A stretch of DNA of 64,000 nucleotides. It comes from Mobula hypostoma (lineage: Eukaryota). The translations under genes were made by a program, and so were the position numbers. Shown here piece after piece: positions 1 to 12,247 of the stretch. The stretch spans positions 83,578,001 through 83,642,000 of the forward strand of contig NC_086108.1 in assembly GCF_963921235.1 (NCBI RefSeq). Reading direction: 5' to 3'. Under the pieces are notes generated by a model, which had not been told where the DNA came from, ran no database searches, and was given only the letters and a program-made list of their open reading frames with translations. Numbering within the stretch: the first letter of the stretch is position 1; every line of letters begins with the position of its first letter.

Positions 1-757
1 CCATATTTGCCGAGACATCCCATATATTGGACTAAATTGGTTTGTCCCGTACGGGACCGTCCTTGTTCCGTATTTCCCCCGCTAAGGTAGAGCGTTTCTA
101 TGAAACCTTCCTCGCCAAAATGGCATAAAGCGAAGAAGCAATTACCATTAACTTATATGGGAAAAATTTTTGAGTGTTCCCAGACCCAAAAAATAACCTA
201 CCAAATAACACATAACACCTAAAATAAGTCTAACATAAAGTAAAAGCAGGAATGATATGATAAATACACAGCCTATATAAAGTAGAAGTAATGTATGTAC
301 AGTGTAATTGGGAAGATTAAGCCAAAACCAATATGTGGGAAAGAAATAAAAAACGGCACGTACACGCATGCACACGCCACATATGTGCACGTCACGCATG
401 CACGGTGCCTGCGCAAGGCTTCATGGTCATGGTAGTTTTTCTCGGGGTAAACACAAGTGTCCCGTCAACACACACAAAAAATGCTGGTGGAATGCAGCAG
501 GCCAGGCAGCATCTATAGGAAGAAGTACAGTCGACGTTTCGGGCCGGGACCCTTCGTCAGGATTTGACTGCTACTTTTGTCCCTTATTTGGGAGTGAGAA
601 AGTTGGCAACCCTAACTGTAAAAGACATCATGTTGTTGAGGTGAGTTTAACCCTACTTGAACACCATCCACCGCCCCCCCCCCCGCCGTCAGCTGGTCCG
701 CAAAAATATTGTCAATATTAAACCGGTCCGCGGTGCAAAAAAGGTTGGGGACCCCTG
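1..757. mobile_element. Composite of nested non-autonomous hAT-type DNA transposon ends
   Basis: TIR-like agttggcaacccta at 601-614; Charlie-like terminus ggttggggacccctg ending at 757 followed by ctctagta; 615-650 resembles the hAT family at 7379 and 53816. Confidence 0.55.
466..562 (-). mobile_element. Penelope pseudo-LTR fragment with hammerhead core
   Basis: Minus strand reads CTGACGAAGGGTCCCGGCCCGAAACGTCGACTG followed by the family 3' sequence (gctgcctggcctgctgc...ttttgtgtgtgttg). Confidence 0.75.
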
Positions 758-909
758 CTCTAGTATTCCTTGATGACAACACTTAAACGATTATTTCATT
801 CTCTTTTACCCTTGCATTTAGGAAATGACTAAACAACCTTGAATCTTGCATCTAAAACTGCAAACTACTACCATGTCATACGACCAAGCAAATCACATTT
901 AATTTTGGG

Positions 910-1090
910 GCTTCACAGTTGTGTAGCACCTATCTCAATGCTATTACAGCTCAAGGGCATCAGAATTCAGAGTTCAATTTCACCACTGTCTGTTATGAGT
1001 TTGTACGTTCTCTCTATGGCCTCGTAGGTTTCCTCTGGGTTTCCTTCCACGGTCCAAAGACATAATGGCTAATAGGTTAATTGGATTCTG
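910..1090 (+). mobile_element. tRNA-derived V-SINE-like element (degenerate)
   Basis: gagttcaatt B-box-like stretch, gagtttgtacgttctc core and ccacggtccaaagac; similar copies at 47880 and 53550. Confidence 0.6.
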
Positions 1091-1628
1091 CCTGAAAACA
1101 TTCCATCCTTCATGAAGGAAAACAAACTGGAAGCTGCACTCTGAAAGCAATTGATTTTTAACACGGATTTTCCATAGCCTCAGTTTAAGAATTTTTATAG
1201 TCATGGATTATGTGCTGATTCAGATTTTTACAATGACTCCTTTAATATGACCACAAGAACAATAAACTTCACAAAGCACAACAGTCTTGCATCATATTGT
1301 GCAATAACAGCTCAGTCCACAGAACAACACACAAGAATTAAGGGATTAGAAGTTCTTTCATCTTCTCTGTAGTTGGCTCCCAGATCATAAAAGGACCCAC
1401 ATTAGAGATTTTCTGAATAAGTCAACTAGATTCAAATTCAAACTTACTGTTCCATAAATGGAAAATTACTGGATTTAGTCAAAAAGGAATTGTTTAAAAA
1501 ATAACAAGATGTATAATCTGGGTGGAACAGTTGATTGCCACTAAAGTTTTGAATATACTTATTGGACATTCATGAGAGACTTGTACTTGAACAATCATAG
1601 AAATCTACCCTGGACCTTCACTTTTTAC

Positions 1629-1768
1629 CTGGTAACTGCTGGAGCCTTTTCTCATTGGTGAATTCCACATCATCTTTATGCGTGCAAAGCCGTGTAGCTA
1701 GAATTCCATCTCGATCTATCTTCTGGATGGCAGTCTTGATCAGTTGGGTTGCAACTTCATCTGGACAT
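1629..1768 (-). CDS. PIF1: PIF1 exon 8
   Basis: tttttgatcag|A TGT CCA GAT... CPDEVATQLIKTAIQKIDRDGILATRLCTHKDDVEFTNEKRLQQLP G|gtaaaa; 140 nt, phase 2 to 1. Remaining exons lie beyond position 1. Confidence 0.93.
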
Positions 1769-1834
1769 CTGATCAAAAAGGATTGGAAATTAATGGTGTT
1801 TGTATATAAAAAAAAACACCAACAACAGATTAGT

Positions 1835-3311
1835 CTCCACGAAATAATCGATTGCATAGTTACTCACTCCCTTCCAGTTAGTGTTTAGTAATTGCACATT
1901 TGGCAGCAATTACAGCCTTGAGTCTGTGTAGGTAGGCCTCTATCAGCTTTGCACACCTGGACACTGCAATTTTCCTCCATTCTTCTTTATAAAACTGCTC
2001 AAACTCTGCCACATTGAGTGAACAGCCCGTTTCAAGTCCAGCCATGAATTCTCAATTGGATTGGGGTCTGGACTATGACTTGGCCACTCTAGAACATTAA
2101 CTTTGTTGCTATTAAGCCATTCCTATGTAGCTTTGGCTTGATGCTTGGGGTCATTGTCCAAGCATTTTTCTCCCAAGTTTCAGTTCTCTTGCAGACTGCA
2201 TCAGGTTTTCCTTCAGGACTTCCCTGTATTTTGCTGCATTCATTTACCTTCACTAGCCTTCCAGGGCCTGCTTCAGTGAAGCATCCCTACAGCATGATGC
2301 AACCACCACCATATTTTTGATTACATGCAGTGTTTGGCTTACTCCAAACATAGCATTTAGTCTGATGGTCAAAAAGCTCAATGTTTGGTTTCATCAGACC
2401 ATAGAACCTTCTCCCAGCTGACTTCAGAGTCTCTTACATACCTTCTGGCAAACTCTAGCTGAGATTCCATGTGAGTTTTTGTTTCCCCGCTCCAACAGTG
2501 GCTTTCTCTTTGCCACTCTCCCATAAAGCTGCGTCTGGTGAAGCACCCCGGCAACAGTTGTCGTATGCGCAGTCTCTCCCATCTCAGCCACTGAAACTTG
2601 TAACTCCTCCAGAGTTGTCACAAGTCTCTTGGTGGCCTCCCTCACAAGTCCCCTTCTTTCATGGTCACTCAGTTTTTGAGGACAGCCTGCTCTAGGCAGA
2701 TTTACAGCTATGCCATATTCTTTCAATTTCTTGATGATTGACTTAATTGTACTCCTAGGGATATTCAGTGACTTGGAAATTTTCTTGTATCCAAATTCTG
2801 ACTTGTGCTTTTCAATAACCTTTTCTTGGAGTGTTCTTTTCTCTACATAGTGTCTCTTTGCCAGGATACTGACTCACTAGCAGCCAGACCTGTCTGTATC
2901 TTGTTTTACGGCGGTTGGCATCCAGCTTAATGGTGCATTACCGCCAAGCGGCCAGACCTTCCGGATACAGGTGTATTTCTACTACAATGAATTAGAGCAT
3001 CTTGACTGCACACAGGTGATTCTCCATTCAACTAATTACGTGACTTCTAAAACCAATTGGCTGCACCAGTGATGATTTGGTATGTCATATCAAGGGGGAT
3101 GAATACTTTTGCAATCAATTATCTTGTGTTTTATATTTATAATTAATTTAGATCACTTTGTAGAGACTTGATTTCATTTTGACATGAAAGAGTCTTTTTC
3201 TGTTGATCGGTATCCAAAAAAGCCAAATTAAATCCACTGTGATTAAATGTTGTAAAACGATAAAACATGAAACCTTCCAAGGGGGATGAATACTTCTTAA
3301 AATAGGCACAG
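1835..3311 (-). mobile_element. Degraded Tc1 DNA transposon
   Basis: Minus-strand fragments NLPRAGCPQKLSD...LYGRVAKRKPLL (Tc1 HTH region); terminus ...aggcacag followed by TA at 3312. Confidence 0.8.
2892..2950 (-). mobile_element. 59-bp Nimb/I-type LINE 3' end inserted in the Tc1
   Basis: Minus strand ggcggtaatgcacc...aaaacaagatacagac; flanked by the 9-bp duplication gccagacct (2883-2891, 2951-2959). Confidence 0.6.
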
Positions 3312-4784
3312 TATATTAGTTGAGATTTATACAATTACAAGAGAACCTGCTTTTAAGGTGAATGATGTAAAGTTTAGAGGAAATGTCAGAAGAAGGTTGT
3401 AATGTACAGAGAGTGGTGGATGTGTGGGATGTTGATATGATACTAACATTTTAAGGATTCTTAACTGACGTGGAACTTTTAAAAATGTAGAGTTACGATT
3501 GTGTAGGAGAGAAAGGTTAGACCGATTATGTAACATGTTTATATGGGTCAGCACAATATCCTGGGCCGAAGGGCCCATACTGTGCTGTTCATTCTCCAAA
3601 TGCGATTGCTCATTTTCTCAATATGTCAAAGGCAAATTGTATCTCATGCCTTTTGGAGCTTGCTTTGTTATAAATTTATGATTTTGATTTCAGATTGAAC
3701 TAAATCAGTCATTTGTTTTTAAATTCTGTCATTATATGATCACACTTCCTGGCGGCTTTGTAACTAACAGATGATTTATTAATTTATTATTATTGCATTA
3801 TACTAGATGTAAAATATCTTCTCCATTTCTTAAAATAGAGTACTATTGGCAAAGCTACTTTTTGAGACACCTGTGCTTAGTAATCTCAAATGCAAGTGCA
3901 TCCCAATTTGAAAAACAGTCCATTCCTCCACCAGTGATCAACAGTGATTCTTAATCCCACAGTGTTTGACAATGAGGCAAGAGTGCTCCCTGCAGGTCCA
4001 AGACTGCCACTGCTGCTTCGCATCCAGACAGTCTCTGACTTACAGATCTAAATAATAGTGGAGTTAAACGCCAAACGTCTCTAGTGGAGAATTTATAACT
4101 ATGGTGTAAAATCTCTGCCATTGGTACTGATAAATGTAAATTTCTTCACTCAAAAGTAGTGTCAGAGGGCTGTGGATTCTCAGTTGTGTATATGCTCCAA
4201 GATCAGGATTAATGTACATTTTTAGGAAATAGAGGGAATATGGTGATTGAGAAGGAAGCTAGCCTTGAGGTAGAAAGTCAGCTATAATAATGAATATATC
4301 AGAACAATTTCAAGAAGCTGTATTCTTTCACCTTCTCAAAATTATGGGTTTTTAAAAAATTTTGATCACAACCCTGCTCCTTTAATAAAGAGTACAGAAA
4401 TAATCATGGCCTGCCGTTTCCTAATCTGGAATGAGAGAAGGAGCTAATTCCTTTCTTGGTCCAATTCAGTGGCCCTATTTCTTATAATGCTGTAATTTGC
4501 TAACCTTTATTGGACTCTTTAGTAAGAACTACAACAACAGGAAATGTTAGGAATAGGTAAAGGCTATTGTTTGCAAAGTCTAATTTTTGAAAGTCAATTC
4601 ATGCACTGCACATCTTTGAACACTATCAGATTCATCATCCATACCTGTCCTGCCTTTATCTATTTCAGTGAAAGCTTTCATTGTACATCCACACACACAT
4701 GCTCACAAAGCCATATCTAATTACTGAAAATTAAAAGTACAAGGCTTTTTTATTGCTGTAAATACGAAGATTATTAGTACTTGC

Positions 4785-4891
4785 CTCCCAAGCCGTATAG
4801 CCTGCAACATTGCAATGAACGTTTTATCGGTTTGCCTTCGCACCTCTGTCAGTTCCATGTTCACCTTGATACATTTGTACCAGCTCTTTGC
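4785..4891 (-). CDS. PIF1: PIF1 exon 7 (motif IV LTEVRRQ), GC splice donor
   Basis: tttctttag|GCA AAG AGC TGG... AKSWYKCIKVNMELTEVRRQTDKTFIAMLQAIRLG AG|gcaagt; 107 nt, phase 0 to 2. Confidence 0.92.
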
Positions 4892-6037
4892 CTAAAGAAA
4901 TCGCAAGGTACATTTCACTTTATTGTGCAGAGACTCCCAAAACCAGAGTAATGGAACAAATAGGAATATTATTTCCTCCAAATTCTTCCCACTTGTTCAA
5001 TTAATGATGTACTATGGTATGTGGACACGCCCTGGTGCTCGTGAACCAGATCCCCAGCTAAGAGTAAATAGCCCCACTGCTCTGTGGGTAGCCTCGGGAG
5101 AGACGAAGGCTACGGGAGTAAACCCAGGCAGCAAATTCAGAGAGGAGCCCTTAAGGCGGCTGGACACCATTGAACATCCTTCTGGCAGCTCCTGCAGCCA
5201 AGCTGGTGCCAAGCATATTGCTTCAGAGTTTTTCTTTGGACTATACTGGTGAGGTCGAGAGGGGGAGCTTAACAACTGGGCATCTCAGGATCTCCATACC
5301 TTCCACCCAGGCTTGTGATGATGATCATCACCCATTATCCTTCGAGACAGATGGTTGCCAACCACCACAACTATGATTGCAGTTCCTACATCTGTTCTAT
5401 CTTCTACTTTTCTTTGTCTGTCCTCTCATCATGGAAGGCAATAAATTATTTTAGAACTTTCAGCTCTAAATAACCAGGTGTTATTTTAATATCCTACCTC
5501 ATCCAAAATCCTAATAAATCAGAACACCCCCCCCCCAATTTTCGTTAGAGCAAACAACACACACTCTCCCACTTCCATCAAGTAGTTGTTTTATTTCTAC
5601 ATTTCAGAGTCTTAATCTGGGTCACAGACAAAAATCAATAAGCAGCAAGTATCCTCGCAACTTCATTGGTTAAAGGAGTGACTATTTTGCAGACAGCTGA
5701 TGCTGGCCATTTAGATAAACTTAAAAATAGTGTCTTGTTAAAAGTTGATCAGATTGTGACAATAGCAATGATATATTTACTCAAGTAGTAAAACGTGTTT
5801 TGTACTGCACATCGATAATTTTGGATCCAGGCCATTAAAGGAAAAGAAATCCTCTCAGTAACTATTAACCATTTTGCATCTAGGACATGCACTGTGACTG
5901 ATGCCCAATCCTAAATACATTCAATTACATTGGGAACTGCAGGGAAAACATGAAGACGATGAATTTCTTTCCTTCTACCCTACCTCAAAGTTACTGGGTT
6001 GCCTCAAAATTAATGTTTAACATTTTCAACTTCTTAC

Positions 6038-6152
6038 CTGGAAACAAAACTTATATTTTTCCTTGCCGTGAGTCACAGGAGGAAGCTGTAGAAAATCTCC
6101 ACAAATTATCAACTGGATTCCACCAAAAGGCTCATTGCACTTTCGAACAATC
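6038..6152 (-). CDS. PIF1: PIF1 exon 6 (motif III FGGIQLIICGDFLQLPPV)
   Basis: ccttttgcag|G ATT GTT CGA... IVRKCNEPFGGIQLIICGDFLQLPPVTHGKEKYKFCFQ|gtaaga; 115 nt, phase 2 to 0. Confidence 0.95.
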
Positions 6153-6399
6153 CTGCAAAAGGAAAAGGGAACAGTGATATCGGTTTAGGTACTGAGCGAC
6201 TGCCTGAGAATAGGAAGGAGGGGGAACGTTGACTCTGACCATGAGAGGCCTGCATCGGGCATTTTCATGTCTTACAAGGCGCAGATTGGAACTCCTCGCA
6301 CAGACACCAGAGCAATGTCATCCAAAATATTTCAGGAAGAACTTAATCATTATTACACCAATTTATGAACATTGGATTAAGTTAACTCAGGATGTTGAG

Positions 6400-6990
6400 A
6401 CACTCTGTGGCCACTTTTTTTAAATTAAAAAAATGGTACCTCCTATTTGTGGTCTTCTGCTGCTGTAGCCCATCCACTTCAAGGTTTGATGTGTCGTGTA
6501 TTCAGAGATGCTGTTCTGCACCACCACTGTTGTAATGCATGGTTATTTGAATTACCTTCCCCTTCTTGTCAGCATGAACCCATCTGGCCACTCTCCTCTA
6601 ACCTCTCTCATTAACAAAGTGTTTTCACCTACAGAACTGCCCCTTGCTGGATTTTTTTAAGTTTTCTGCCAAGCTCTGAGCAAGGTTTCCCAACCTGGGA
6701 TTCATGACATTAAAAATGGTTGGAAACTCCTGCCTTAGCAACTGTTCTGTGTAAAAATCCCAGGAGTCAGCAGTTTCTGAAATACTCAAGTCACTTTGTC
6801 TGACACCAACAATCATTCCATGGTCAAAGCCACTTAGATCACATTTCTTCTCCATTCTGATGTTTGGTCTGAACATCAACTGAAACTCTTAACCATGTCT
6901 GCGTGCTTTTATGCATTGAGTTGCTGCCACATGATCTGCTGATTCGATATTTGCATTAACAAACAACGTACCTAATGGCTGCTGAGTGTA
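6400..6990 (-). mobile_element. Internally deleted Tc1-like element
   Basis: ORF fragment MEKKCDLSGFDHGMIVGVRQSDLSISETAD (Tc1 N-terminal HTH type); ends cactctgtggccactt / ctgagtg followed by TA. Confidence 0.7.
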
Positions 6991-7378
6991 TGTAGCTACA
7001 TAATATTCTTTTTTAAAAATCACCACTAAAAATAAGTGGTTGACAGTACAAGTCAAGATTATGGAGTTATTACTATATTTTACAGCACTATTGTCCATAA
7101 GTAATCAGCAACAATCAACAATTTCCATTTGTTACCGATTGGTGACAAGCCATCACAGAAAGCATAGTTTATTTCATATTATATCATAAATGTCATTCAT
7201 TTATAAAGCCTTTGATAATCACATATATTTTAATTTTATACATGAACAGCAAGAAGTGAAACAGAGGCAGAGTCAAAACAAAAGCCTGGCACCAGCCAAA
7301 GAAATTAAATTAGGATGGGATAAATAAGAGCAAAGTTAAAGTGAGTAACAAAACAGAAAAGGGACCTTGGAAATAAAA

Positions 7379-7869
7379 CAGACATCCCACCCTGCAAAAA
7401 CTCATTTCAGGGAGGCAGCACCATCAATTTGCAGGAGACTCCCAGAACTTCCAGGAGGGGTGGGATGTCTGCAATAGAGTAGCTCCTTAGCAGCTAGCCA
7501 GCTAGTTTAAATAACGTTCGCTATGCTAATGAACGAATGACACCTGTTAAACTCACCTCAACATGTCTTTTACAGTCTTAACCCACCATGGGCAATAGAA
7601 AAGTCACTGTTTCAAACAGTGCAGCGAGCAACACTGTCATTATTTTTGACCCCTATTAGGCAGGGGTACACTTTAGTGTAGTCTGGAGTGACGTACATTT
7701 CATATATTTTTTGGAACACTCTGCCACTCTGACTTTTCTTGGATCTCTCTCTCTCTCTCTCTCTCACACAATGTCTCTTCCAGGACATTGTATATAATTT
7801 ACAGACATCAGGGAGCCCCTATTAATATGCGGGAGACTCTTGGAACTTCCAGGAGAGGTGGGATGTCTG
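7379..7869 (-). mobile_element. Non-autonomous hAT-family element with 6-bp TSD
   Basis: TIR CAGACATCCCACC / GGTGGGATGTCTG; ATAAAA on both flanks; extra internal TIR ending at 7471; carries the reverse complement of the zinc-finger exon seen at 54105. Confidence 0.75.
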
Positions 7870-8932
7870 ATAAAAGGAAGGAATTTTGGAATGCACACTC
7901 CAGGAGACTGGTGCTACAACCACCAATACCAGACCAAAGAGCAGAAGCTGCAGTCGGGGACAGGAAGGGAAAAATATTTTCTTTTTGTTACAGAGAAAAG
8001 GCGGCCCATGGTCACGCCTGGAGGATAATTTCAAATTGAAAGTGGTTAGAGGGTTGGAAGTAAAGGCATATAACAAACGATAAAAATGATGAATGAAGTA
8101 GACTTTGTTGTACGGGGGAGGACATGGGTACCTGAGACTTCTGGAAAAACTGAACTTGAATGGTTGGTGAAGGAAACCAACAAGGAGAGAACTGCAAAAA
8201 GTCAAATCTGGAAGAGGCAGAAGAATAGTTTTGACAGTAGATGAGTTACAGCAAGGTGCAGTCTGTTATGCCGAGGATTTTGGATCAAATGTTCATCTCT
8301 AGGGGAAACAGAATGCCAAGGTTATTAAATCTTAGTCAGTCTAAGACAGCAAAGGAGCAGAATTAAAATCAGTAGCAAGGGTATTTATATGATCTTTAGT
8401 ATGTCTTAATGAAGCAGTGCTTGAAATTGCCAGTGCATGTTTGAAAGACAACTTATATTTTTGGTGACATCACCAAATTAGGCCTTTTATAATGCTTGTA
8501 GGATAAATTGCATAACCATCATGTACTTGGACAGAAAGAAGTTGAGAAACTAATATCTCATCCTAGGCAACAGTGACCCCTGCATATATTTGAAAGAGCA
8601 CAGATATTATTACTAACACATAATAGTAGTCAGAAACTAAGCAAATTATATACATAACAAGCACCTTGGTGTGATGATTAACAAGTAAAATAATAAAGTG
8701 TAATGGGGGCATTATTAGTGAACATCCAACTGATATGTAAAATTGATCTCCTGTGCTACTGTGCGAAAGTACAATGAAAGGCTGGATACTTTCTCACAAG
8801 GAAGGTGGACAATATTTATCAGTCAGATGTTCACACACCTTTGAACGGTCACCATTACAGATCAGTATCCTTTTTACAAGACCAGAGAGAAATGAGAGGC
8901 ACATAGCATGCCCTTTTAACTGTATGATGTAC

Positions 8933-9086
8933 CTTGCCACAGCTTCAAGCTTGTCAAAGAATTCTCCTTCTATCATTGAAATTTCATCTATGATGAGGTG
9001 CCTGCAGTTTAGCCAGTGACTGAGGATCCCGGGTCTTTGTGCCAACTCCACACATTGTTGCAGAGAAGCTTTTCCTGATCCAATTC
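8933..9086 (-). CDS. PIF1: PIF1 exon 5 (Walker B LIIDEISM)
   Basis: gtctacag|GA ATT GGA... GIGSGKASLQQCVELAQRPGILSHWLNCRHLIIDEISMIEGEFFDKLEAVA AG|gtacat; 154 nt, phase 1 to 2. Confidence 0.95.
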
Positions 9087-10728
9087 CTGTAGACACAATA
9101 GATCCAAAATCTGTTGTATACCTCGGGAAGCATGGTATTGAATGCTGCCTTTTCAATACCTCAATCTCAAATCGGTAAGTAAATATCTTCCACTTAGCTA
9201 GTACGAACAATTTGAAATATAACAGAAAACACGTGAAATCCTGAATGATTCAAATCGATGACCACTCTTCATCTGACATTGGCACCTTGGTTCATTCGGA
9301 TTGTTACTTTTTATTATGTAACACCATTGAAATGTTTAGGAAATTTCCAGTTGCCTCAGCAATTCCCTTCATCATTAAACTAGTAAAAGTGTCTGATCAT
9401 GTGGTAATCTCCAAACCCTCATGAGCCCATAACAGGAAGGCCTTCCCATTAACTTCTTGTAACTAATTGAAAAACAAAAAAATATAGTTTAATCAAATCA
9501 CAATTCATCGTAAGGGAAGAGTGTTGAAAACTTAACTAAAGGCCAATAGAGATATTAGAATACTTAGATCTGCAGAGTTACTCACACTAAGCTATTAACT
9601 ATAGCCTCTGCTGAAAATGGTAAAATATTGCAGGGGTAGAGTGAATATATATAACTTTGCAATGGGCAAGAGGGATGTGCATATATACGTACATACTGAG
9701 CAGTGTGAATTTGTTCCATTTACTGAATCCAGTGATTTGATTTAGTTTCTAAGTACAGTACATTGGTAAATTATCAGTATTTTATCCTCCCTCATCTGTG
9801 ATTTTCTTAGATGGTCTTCTCAGAAAGACCATCTGAATCCATTCAGTCCAGAGTCAATACTGGCTCATACAACAGTATCCATTCCTCCATTGTCTTCCCA
9901 GAGTCTATCTCTTTCTATCACTTATTGCACCTGCCTGCACAATTCCCCCTGATAACATATTCTAGACCCAGACAATGCAAACACACACAAAAAAAAACAA
10001 CTTACTAATTTCTGGTTCCCTGTTAGTTACTTTCATTCTAGATCCTCCAGTTTTTGAACTTTCTGCCAGGGATCATCTTTCAAATCCTGGTCATTAATTT
10101 CTTTCCTAACTTCTTACAATCAGTCTTTAGGATCACAATCTTTTATTACTTGTGTCATTAGTGCTGATGTGGATGATAACCTCTGATTATCGATCCCCTT
10201 CCCCCAAGGCAAAATTTGATACATTTGAACTTACTGCCAATAGAAATGCAATGAAATGAACAGTAACAGCTGGAACAAAGTGGAGGTTACGGTTGGAATG
10301 ATATCAAAGACAGCCATGCCTGTTTCAGTTCTTCTACTGTAGTAAACTAATTAGTCTATTCCCAAGTCTTCACCTGTAGGTTTCTTGTTTTCGAGTATTT
10401 TTCCAATTTTCTTTTCTAAAGGTTACCCCCGAATGTGTAGCCAGGATCATTTACAAACAGGCCACTGCTCTGGAAAATAAATGTTCTGCTCGTGCTGGCT
10501 AAGATTCCTTTGTCAGTTAGCTTAAATTGGTGTCTTCTTGTTCTGACCGTTTACAGTGAAATTAAGTCAGCACAATTATTCTCCACGGGCGTTCATGATT
10601 TGAACATGAGAATGGCACCAATAATCAGGATTTTCAGTTCTCTGAAGAGACTAGAGAAGTGTGGTTGCTTCTCCTTAGAATAAAGAATGTTAACCAATCT
10701 CCTTTTTATATTCTCTACCTCGAGAAAG

Positions 10729-11146
10729 GCTCCAAGGGGATCACAACCTCGTCGTGACTTGGAGGCTTGAGTGCGTCAGTGACCTGGAGAGCTATGTTGG
10801 CTAGAGTCGGAGCTTCCTGCTTTGGCTCTCTGTAGGGTCACCCACACCAAACAGGTCAAAGGTTGGAGGCCAGACTAACAGTGGTCCACTGGTCCTCCAG
10901 GTTTGGGGGTTCAGCTCAGGGCCAACAACCCTGACTGGTAAAACAAAATTGCGTTGGAAACTGCAATGAAGATCCTTCTATATCTGAGTGTGATGGTATT
11001 CCTGAGTCTCCTCCCAGGACTTGCATGACTGACAGTAGTGAAAACCGGAAGGAAGTTACTGACATGATGAAGGTAGCTCTGACAACCGTCAGAGATGGAG
11101 GACCTTCATTGCTGCCCTAAATGCCAACAGCATAATGGGCAATAGG
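10729..11146 (+). mobile_element. Non-autonomous bipartite RTE-type retroelement (5' UTR joined to 3' end)
   Basis: 5' part resembles RTE 5' UTRs (cctcgtcgtg...gagctatg...agggtcaccca...gtggtccactgg); 3' part encodes RWRTFIAALNA; near-TSD tacctcgagaaag / taccccaagaaag. Confidence 0.6.
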
Positions 11147-11977
11147 TACCCCAAGAAAGAGTACTCAAACTTCTTCAGAGAACTGAAATTGCTAATCCCT
11201 AGTAAAATAATAAATTAATCAGGATTCAACCCAGAATCTTGACATCTGTCCCAAAGTTTGTTGCCCAGAACTGAATACAATAGGTTAACTGAGGCCCAAG
11301 GATTATCTGGACTTCCTTATTCATTTACGATTAATATACCAATATCTTTCAAATAAGTCAAAGAGCCCATTTTTTTGCATGCAGAATCTTGCCACATTGA
11401 AAGTTTAGCATTCCTGTTGTTCCTGCACGGCTTTTAATATTATACTAGTTATTTCATAATGATTCTGCCCATTTTTCCTATTGTAACATAACCACTTTAT
11501 ACTTCTACTAAATTTTATTCACCAATTGCCAGCTGCCGTGGAACTACAATTATATCAGTTTTGGGGAATAATAAGGAAATGCCACATTGGTCATTTCACT
11601 TTTAGCTGGAGCTCCCATTCATTTGGAGAAGATTGAACAGACTTACTTTCAAGTGGATAAGTGTTTGAAACACGGTAATAACTGGAGTGATGGGAAGAGT
11701 GATAATGAAAATTTGAAGATACAAGAAAAAACCAAATAAATGAGGACTCTAAACCTTTCCAGATGATGAAAATTTATTTCAGTGGACCAAAAAAAGTCAA
11801 AAAAAATTATGCTTATTAAAACAATGAGCACTAACTTATTCATAGGGTGTGACAGAGGAAAGTTCCTGTGTAATTTTTCTTTTTTATGAAATGTATTCCT
11901 GTGGCAAAGTTTTCAACGTATAGTTCCTCAGTCCTGATCCTTCACTTGTTTACCACATACGATGGTGCACAACTGAC

Positions 11978-12103
11978 CTGCAAATGCATGAAGAGTTGTG
12001 CCTCCGATATGACAGGCAGCCACCCCAGTACTGGCAGTGGTATACGTACACTTCGGTGGCAATGCTCCCACAATCCTCTTCAGTAAGAAAGATTTCCCAG
12101 TAC
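11978..12103 (-). CDS. PIF1: PIF1 exon 4 (GTGKS, motif Ia [15 protein letters not shown])
   Basis: ttgttcaag|GT ACT GGG AAA TCT... [43 protein letters not shown]|gtcagt; 126 nt, phase 1 to 1. Not in the ORF track; translated by hand. Confidence 0.95.
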
Positions 12104-12247
12104 CTTGAACAAAATTTTTTTAAAAATGATTGGAAAAGTACAAATTCATATACATTCTGTGGGATGAAACAGTGAAATTTTATCCAAGATGTAAAAAGAG
12201 TTAGGAAACCGTGTCAGTTCTGATTTTTGCCCGAGATCCAACCTTAC

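Noticed and set aside
5000..5375. GC-richer interspersed-repeat-like segment in PIF1 intron 6
   Set aside because: Probably a non-autonomous retroelement, but I could not establish family, ends or TSD.
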